64,000 nucleotides of DNA from Macrostomum lignano (Eukaryota), in NCBI GenBank assembly GCA_002269645.1, contig NIVC01001090.1, positions 1-64,000 of the forward strand, read 5' to 3'. Of the stretch, positions 58,377-64,000 are shown piece by piece (the stretch's first letter is position 1; each line of letters opens with the position of its first letter). The notes under the pieces are model-generated. The model was not told the DNA's origin. It did not search any database and was given only the letters and a program-made list of their open reading frames with translations. The translations under genes were made by a program, and so were the position numbers.

Positions 58377-60287
58377 TCTCATTGATAACATCTTCGTTTA
58401 TTTTTTTCGTGCACTGTAGCAACACATTTCTAGTTTCTTGCTGTTTACCATCTATCCTACGCCTATATCTATCCTTATAATACTTACAATAGTCATTGTG
58501 ATTCTTGAAGAAATCTGTTATGTATTGTTGTTGGAATTCACGTTTCTCACGTTGGGCTAGAGTCCTATAGTATTCACTCTCTGTTGCGGCAGTGTAAATT
58601 TCTCTAATAAGCATAAATGTTTTTTCCTCAGTTTCTAAAAATTCATAATTCTCTTCAATGAAGTGAGAAAACCAATTATAATTTTGTATGAATTCATTAG
58701 TGTTTTCAATTACGCTTTTCGATCGATATATTTCACCCTTTGTTTGCTTGAAAATTTCTAGTAGGTTTTTCATCTCAGCAAACTTATATTTATTCTTAAA
58801 TTCCTCGGTTTTAAGATATGAATCGGCTTTATAAATGTGTTTCGCATGATCAATGATGTCGGTATCTGTTGTATATTTACATGGGTAATTAATATTTATA
58901 ATTCGTCTTTTTTCTGCATCTCCAATATTTTGTCTAAAGTCAGGCTTGTTGTTGCATTCGACTATTAGGGTTGCGTGTAAAACGACATTACACTGGCTTG
59001 AATATAAAGTTCTAGCTTGAATAACTCCTCCACCAGTTAGTAATTTTATTGATGCATTGTTCAAGACACCGCTTACTTCTTGACTGATAACCAACCTCTT
59101 TTTATTAATTTGTGCTAGGGCTGGTTGTGGCCTGTCTATTCTTATTGGTGAATTCAAAACATCAGGACTCAGTGGTGCTGCATAATCAGATCCTAGAGTT
59201 CTAAGAAGTAGGTTGTCCTCAACCCCCTTGCCATTTCCACCAGCGCCATCAAACATTATAAAGTTTTCAACATTTTTGCCCATTAGAGCTGTGGTTATAA
59301 CGGATTCCCAACTCTTTCTATTTTCTGGATCGGGATGAATTTGGTTATGCAGATTAACAATGAAGCCATAGTAGTAATCACTCACTCCAAGTACATCCGA
59401 GTAATTATATCCCACCGATTTAGTAACGTAATCGTCATATCTATACGCGCGAAACTCACCTGTAATGAGGTCGTATACTCCATCATCAAACCCTAGCAAA
59501 TTCCATTGCGTGTCAAATTCAATTTCATTGTTAGTAAACCTCTCTTTGAGCAAAGTAGTTACCTGTTTGAGTTTGTTGGCTCCTTGTATTGAATTTACAT
59601 TCTCCATTGTACTCTGTAGTTTCTTTTCAAGTACTTTTAACTTCTCTTTATCATCAGCCGCCTTCTTAATTGCAATTTCGAGTCTAGTCTTTCGGTGGTT
59701 TAACTCACCGCTAACAAGTTCTGATATTTAAAGAAATATGTCATTTATACTACTTAGTTCTCTCCACTTATCATCATTAAAATAGTAAATACCATCGCTA
59801 TTGTAAATTATATTATTCTTCTGATATTCATAAACAAAATTGGTTATGTTAACGTCAGTGAAATTATCATCAAGAAACTCAATCCTACCATAATAATCAT
59901 ATTTGCTTTTCCATTCCTTATATTTGTTATAGTTTTCTTCACTTCCCCATTTCTTTAGTGTACCGATAGTAAGTCTGTCCTGTGCATCAGCAGAGCTGGT
60001 ATTGGTGCTATTCCACACATTTTTACATGATTCGGAATCGAACTTATCATAATTTACTTTTGACCAATCAGTGAATACTTTGTACATTTCATCACCACTG
60101 CCTATGTCGCGGAGTATAAGTGCTACCTTGTACCAAGAATCATAGTCTTGGTTTTTGTGTTGTATTATACTTAACAACTTTGAAACTCCTTCACAACTAG
60201 GTGGTGGAACGGTGCTTTTTAGTGCCTGTTTATCGGGTTCTTGGTTTTCTTTTTTATCCTGTGGCTTTATTAATCTATTTATCTCAT
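58354..60287 (-). pseudogene. D5-like primase-helicase (PriCT-2 plus SF3 helicase), one in-frame TAA at 59728-59730, 5' part cut off by the Ngaro insertion
   Basis: YDSWYKVALIL...FTDWS...LTIGTLKKW (PriCT-2); LLGFDDGVYDL; Walker A GAGGNGKG; RLVISQE; IKLLTGG..IQARTLY; CNNKP. Confidence 0.92.
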
Positions 60288-60345
60288 CATTAAACCGCGG
60301 GGAAAGAAACGAGGCAAGACAAGGGATGGCGCGAAACGGAACCTC
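60288..60345. repeat. Split direct repeat B2 (58 bp)
   Basis: 57/58 identical to 60619-60676. Confidence 0.92.
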
Positions 60346-60618
60346 TGCTGGTCGAAAAAAAAATGGCAGCCGATGAATTATTTATTTCTTGCGAAAGATT
60401 TAATAGCCGAATGAGAAAAAAAGCTAAAAAAAATTCTGAGCAAACACGAACGCACGGCGAACAAGCGGGGGACCGGACTAAATAAGAAATCAAGCTAGCA
60501 CCCCCGCGACCCCCCGCCCCCCCGCAGCACACGCAACCCCGCACGCACCCGCCCCAGCCAAGCGAGCCCCTCCCCCGCAGTTTAAACGCCCTTACCACCA
60601 ACACAGTGGCAAGGGTAA

Positions 60619-60676
60619 CATTAAACCGCGGGGAAAGGAACGAGGCAAGACAAGGGATGGCGCGAAACGGAACCTC
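60619..60676. repeat. Split direct repeat B1 (58 bp)
   Basis: 57/58 identical to 60288-60345. Confidence 0.92.
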
Positions 60677-60784
60677 CAAACCCAAACCGGAGAACGGACA
60701 GAAACGGAGACAGTAGTAAAAGAAAAGACACCGGGAAACTAAAAGAGCGGAGAAGCTAACGCCAGCACAGACACAGTTAGACAG

Positions 60785-63700
60785 CTAAACAGTTAGAACG
60801 CAGCCTGCACCGCTGCCCCGATGCGACGAACAGCCCGGCTGGCCACCTGCGGCTGCTGGCCCGCATAGAGATGCACCGCATCGCTCTTCCAGTCGCCAAT
60901 GGCTTTGATATCCTCGATCGCGATGCCTGAACGCCTGGCGAAGGTGGCGCCGCCTCGGCGCAGGCTGTGCATTGAAAAGCGGTTTCTCGGAAGGCCAGCC
61001 TGGTGAAAAAGCTGGGACAACTCGCGCCGGACATGCGCTGCAGTTAAGCTCATCCAGCTTCCTGCTGACTGCAGGGTCGAGAACAGAGGCTGCGAAGGAG
61101 GTGCAATGTCCAGTGAATTCCGGCTGAAATGACGATGGAGCGCACAAAACGGACACAGCGGAGCAGTCGCACTCTTGCAGATGCAGGGCAGAAGAACGAC
61201 ATGACGGCGCTCGCCGAATTGATTCGTCTTGGACAGGCGAACAGAAATCCGAGCCTCCTTGACGCCCAGGCGAAGATCGCTGATCAGCACCGCCGTGCCG
61301 ACGTTTGCCCGGCTGACAGAGCAAAGATTGGCCGCCCGCAGCATGGCCCACCAGCCGGCTAAGATGAGACTCCACAGAGCAGCTCCAAGGCCGGTCTGCA
61401 GCTGTAGGCAGCGCCGCAGTCGCAGAAGATGACTCGGCCCCAGCGCAGCCTTGCGGCGAACGGGCGTTGCGGCCAGCAGCCGCTTCGCACCTCGAAGAGC
61501 CAAGCGCACGAGTCCAGAGTCTGTCGTAACCGGAGAGTCGCTGAGTCGCAATAGAGTGGCGATCGAGCTGATGTATGCCTGCAGGCTCGATTGTCGCGAC
61601 AGGCGATGGTGCATGAGGAAGTTGATGAATTGGCAAATCTGAGTTGGAGTCGGCTTCAGAGCTTTGATCTTTGCCTCGCTGCAGAAAGCGAGCCACGTCC
61701 TCCATTTGCTTTCCAGCGACCGCAGCGTCGCCGGTGCGAAGGCGGCGCGAACTAGAGGGAGCAGCTCGGTTGGCAGCCCAAAGGAGACGGCACCTGAAAA
61801 ACAGGGTGGAGGCGGAAGCAGGACCCAGCGCATGCGAAGCAAATTCAGAGGGATCAATCAATAAATGACCGTAGAAACGAGAGGCAAAATCAATCAGAGC
61901 AGCGTCGCCCGTCAGGAGACGAGAGGCGGGGTCAGCGAGGAACTGGCGGCAACCGGGCATGTAAAAGACCTTGAAAGTGATCTGCTGCTGCATGCAGACA
62001 AGCCCAGCCTGCATCAGAAGGTCATTCACGATGGGACACTTAGCAGAGCCACGGTTGAGCATGCCGACAGCTGCTTGGTTGTCGCTGTAGAAGACCACCT
62101 GGGCCTGATGAAGCTGGTCACGAAACCGCAGCAGAGTGATAGGAGCGATAGCCGCCTCCTTGTAATTGATGTGCAGATCGGCCAAACGGCCGTCCAAGTC
62201 CGAGGAAAAATCAACGAAAAACCAATCGCGGAAGCAGCAACTGCTGAGAATAGCGGCGCCGCCACTGATGCAGGCGTCAGTTTCCACGGCCAAGGCGTCG
62301 GAGAAGATGGGCCAGATGAGACGATCGTGGTAACACCTGACGGCCGATTCCCACCATTGAAAAAGATGCCGCAAACTCTCGCAAATGCGCACTCGACGAT
62401 TTTCACGACTAAGACTCTCGGTAAACTCGATGATGGGGCGAAGGAACATGCGAATTTGTCTTTGCACCTGGAAAAACCAGCTTAGCTTTCCGGTGAGGCG
62501 ACGCAAGAAGGAAGCAGAGACTTGTCTAGCGGCAAGACAGTCAGTGAGCAACTGACGCAGCTCATGCAGCTTTTCCGGAGGCAGAGACATGACTCCGATG
62601 TCTGTCTGGATACGAACACCGAGGAAGACCATGTCCTGACAAGGCGGGGTGCACTTTTTGCGGTTGACCTCGAAGCCAAGATGCTCCAGAAGACTTAGCA
62701 GGTGATCATAGGCCTTGAAGCAATCTCTGTAGGTAGCGGCAGTGACAGCAAAGTCATCCAGATAGTTGACAACAGCGGTATAGCCGTCCTTGACCATGAA
62801 GCGATGAATGGCTTGAGAGACACGGTGAAAGCTAGGAACAGAGCCGGCAGCACCCATGGGAAGGCGTCGGTCTTCCATGTAAGTAACGTGATCGTCGCCG
62901 GAAAACTTGAACTTCAGACCAAGAAGAGGCCAGCAGCTGGGGTGGCAGGCAATGGACCGATACGCCGAGGAAATATCAACTTTGGCCATGAAGTGACCTG
63001 GCCGAAGAAGACGCACGAAATCCTCGACAGACGCAAAACGCAGCTTGCGTTCGGCGGTGAAACAGTCGTTGAGAGACGCATTATGCGGGACGGAGCAGTC
63101 GTGAATGAGTCTGACGCCACCAGAAGATTTGCGAATAGCCCCAAGCGGGCTCACCAAGCTTGGCGGATCTGGCACAACCACGACTCTACCCCTGCGAATT
63201 TCTTCAAGCAGCAGGCATTCGACCTCCTGCCTGAACTCCTCCACCGACGGGTAGTTATCGGACTCAAAGGCGGGCACTTGAGAACCGTCGTCGATTAAAG
63301 AAAAACCAGCACGAAGACTGTCGACAAGGAAATTCTCATCCGGATCTCCACGAAGACGCTCCTCCCAGACAGCCACGACGAGGTCGCCGCACCGACGGGG
63401 ATCGACCGGAGGACAGCCGTTAGCTAGCCGGTGAGCAGGGTCGATGACGGAGGCCGACAAGCAGGCAGGTTTGGTAGCGTCGGAGCCAGGCAGGCAGGCA
63501 GGTTGAGCGACGTCGGAGGCAGGCAGGCAGGCAGGTTGAGCGACGTCGGAGGCAGTCAGGCAGGCAGGTTGAGCGACGTCGGAGGCAGTCAGGCAGGCAG
63601 GTTGAGCGACGTCGGAGGCAGGCAGGTAGGCAGGTTGAGCGACGTCGGAGGCATGCAGGCAGGCAGGTTGAGCGACGTCAGAGGCAGGCAGGCAGGCAGG

Positions 63701-63826
63701 TTGAACGACGTCGGAGGCAGGCAGGCAGGCAGGTTGGGCGATGTCGCGGGCAGGCAGGAAGTTAAAAGAGAAGGCGTCGCAGGCGATGGAATCTGCATGC
63801 GACGCTTCTCTCAGTTTTTTGCTTGA
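60785..63826 (-). CDS. Pol: reverse transcriptase and RNase H; frame open from 63826, extends over the YR ORF in another frame
   Basis: KVDISSAYR, LPMG, YLDD, FLG; RNase H TDA...HINYKE...SDNQAAV...ADPASR; no ATG near the 5' end of the frame. Confidence 0.95.
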   Translation of the reverse strand, partial: SSKKLREASHADSIACDAFSFNFLPARDIAQPACLPASDVVQPACLPASDVAQPACLHASDVAQPAYLPASDVAQPACLTASDVAQPACLTASDVAQPACLPASDVAQPACLPGSDATKPACLSASVIDPAHRLANGCPPVDPRRCGDLVVAVWEERLRGDPDENFLVDSLRAGFSLIDDGSQVPAFESDNYPSVEEFRQEVECLLLEEIRRGRVVVVPDPPSLVSPLGAIRKSSGGVRLIHDCSVPHNASLNDCFTAERKLRFASVEDFVRLLRPGHFMAKVDISSAYRSIACHPSCWPLLGLKFKFSGDDHVTYMEDRRLPMGAAGSVPSFHRVSQAIHRFMVKDGYTAVVNYLDDFAVTAATYRDCFKAYDHLLSLLEHLGFEVNRKKCTPPCQDMVFLGVRIQTDIGVMSLPPEKLHELRQLLTDCLAARQVSASFLRRLTGKLSWFFQVQRQIRMFLRPIIEFTESLSRENRRVRICESLRHLFQWWESAVRCYHDRLIWPIFSDALAVETDACISGGAAILSSCCFRDWFFVDFSSDLDGRLADLHINYKEAAIAPITLLRFRDQLHQAQVVFYSDNQAAVGMLNRGSAKCPIVNDLLMQAGLVCMQQQITFKVFYMPGCRQFLADPASRLLTGDAALIDFASRFYGHLLIDPSEFASHALGPASASTLFFRCRLLWAANRAAPSSSRRLRTGDAAVAGKQMEDVARFLQRGKDQSSEADSNSDLPIHQLPHAPSPVATIEPAGIHQLDRHSIATQRLSGYDRLWTRALGSSRCEAAAGRNARSPQGCAGAESSSATAALPTAADRPWSCSVESHLSRLVGHAAGGQSLLCQPGKRRHGGADQRSSPGRQGGSDFCSPVQDESIRRAPSCRSSALHLQECDCSAVSVLCAPSSFQPEFTGHCTSFAASVLDPAVSRKLDELNCSACPARVVPAFSPGWPSEKPLFNAQPAPRRRHLRQAFRHRDRGYQSHWRLEERCGASLCGPAAAGGQPGCSSHRGSGAGCVLTV
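60793..61857 (-). CDS. Tyrosine recombinase
   Basis: MLRAANL (R), SKTNQ (K), HSLRRGGAT (HxxR), GDW (W), HLY (Y); exact start uncertain. Confidence 0.95.
   Translation of the reverse strand: MIPLNLLRMRWVLLPPPPCFSGAVSFGLPTELLPLVRAAFAPATLRSLESKWRTWLAFCSEAKIKALKPTPTQICQFINFLMHHRLSRQSSLQAYISSIATLLRLSDSPVTTDSGLVRLALRGAKRLLAATPVRRKAALGPSHLLRLRRCLQLQTGLGAALWSLILAGWWAMLRAANLCSVSRANVGTAVLISDLRLGVKEARISVRLSKTNQFGERRHVVLLPCICKSATAPLCPFCALHRHFSRNSLDIAPPSQPLFSTLQSAGSWMSLTAAHVRRELSQLFHQAGLPRNRFSMHSLRRGGATFARRSGIAIEDIKAIGDWKSDAVHLYAGQQPQVASRAVRRIGAAVQAAF
63470..63760. repeat. 33-bp tandem repeat (~9 copies) inside pol, encoding (ASDVAQPACLP)n
   Basis: Read directly; no stops in the pol frame. Confidence 0.9.
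63774..63820 (-). promoter_or_regulatory. Candidate -1 programmed ribosomal frameshift signal
   Basis: A AAA AAC (63820-63814) in the gag frame directly before TGA, 8-nt spacer, then stem GCGTCGCA/TGCGACGC (63805-63798 with 63781-63774). Confidence 0.78.
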
Positions 63827-63999
63827 TTAGCACGGTTGGTGTGGCTAGCAGCAGCATGTGAGCCACCACAAATCCGACAGCAGTGTAGATAGTTGCAGGT
63901 GTCTCTCTGACATCCGGTGGCGCTGTTAAACAGTCCACAGACCGCTTGGCCTCGCGAAGCGAATTGTCGGCGGCCTCCGCGGCCAGTCTGGCTGGCTTG
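63811..63999 (-). CDS. Gag C-terminus (partial)
   Basis: VCGLFNSATGCQRDTCNYLHCCRICGGSH, the Cys/His motif typical of DIRS/Ngaro gag; ends AKN*. Confidence 0.85.
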   Translation of the reverse strand, partial: QASQTGRGGRRQFASRGQAVCGLFNSATGCQRDTCNYLHCCRICGGSHAAASHTNRANQAKN

Positions 64000-64000
64000 C

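Larger units (their letters stand above)
60288..64000 (-). mobile_element. Ngaro-type (DIRS superfamily) tyrosine-recombinase retrotransposon, 5' end outside the window
   Basis: gag C-terminus, RT/RNaseH, YR and split direct repeats at the 3' end; no methyltransferase domain seen. Confidence 0.93.

Noticed and set aside
55315-60287. Alternative genetic code (all five internal stops are TAA/TAG, several at Tyr-compatible positions)
   Set aside because: The same unit ends its ORFs with TAA/TAG (55297, 58374, 58356), a frameshift is also present, and five events in AT-rich DNA are too few to argue for recoding.

Overview
Repeat-rich animal genomic DNA. A free-living flatworm such as Macrostomum is my inference, from a p40-type double alpha-crystallin sHSP, GC-rich poly-Q/poly-A exons and minisatellite-filled introns. 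Several 1-nt homopolymer frameshifts suggest a noisy long-read assembly. 1-36.4 kb is host sequence: an ERG/KCNH2-type K+ channel (5' end outside the window), a two-domain small heat-shock protein, an Ikaros/Hunchback-type zinc-finger gene, a SPATA1-like gene running into an N gap, an intronless FkbM-type methyltransferase, two tRNA-derived CORE-type SINEs and many tandem repeats. 36.4-64 kb is a nested pile of virus-like mobile DNA with four parts. (1) An 11,294-bp almost fully palindromic Polinton/Maverick derivative (36570-47863): 4,691-bp inverted arms, ACTACT...AGTAGT ends and a perfect 6-bp TSD (TACAGG) whose empty site is verifiable inside the window. It carries tandem-PC4 genes and a truncated, intron-containing pPolB. 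(2) A co-oriented cluster encoding a putative OB-fold SSB, a divergent TATA-binding protein, a deoxynucleoside kinase and a pPolB N-terminus cut off by a 100-bp AGTAGT...ACTACT hairpin. (3) A decayed AT-rich Polinton-like unit with a membrane protein, an exonuclease-degenerate pPolB and a D5-type primase-helicase. (4) An intact-looking Ngaro-type tyrosine-recombinase retrotransposon interrupting that primase, with a clear candidate -1 ribosomal frameshift signal between gag and pol. All protein family calls are by motif recognition from memory; no searches were run.
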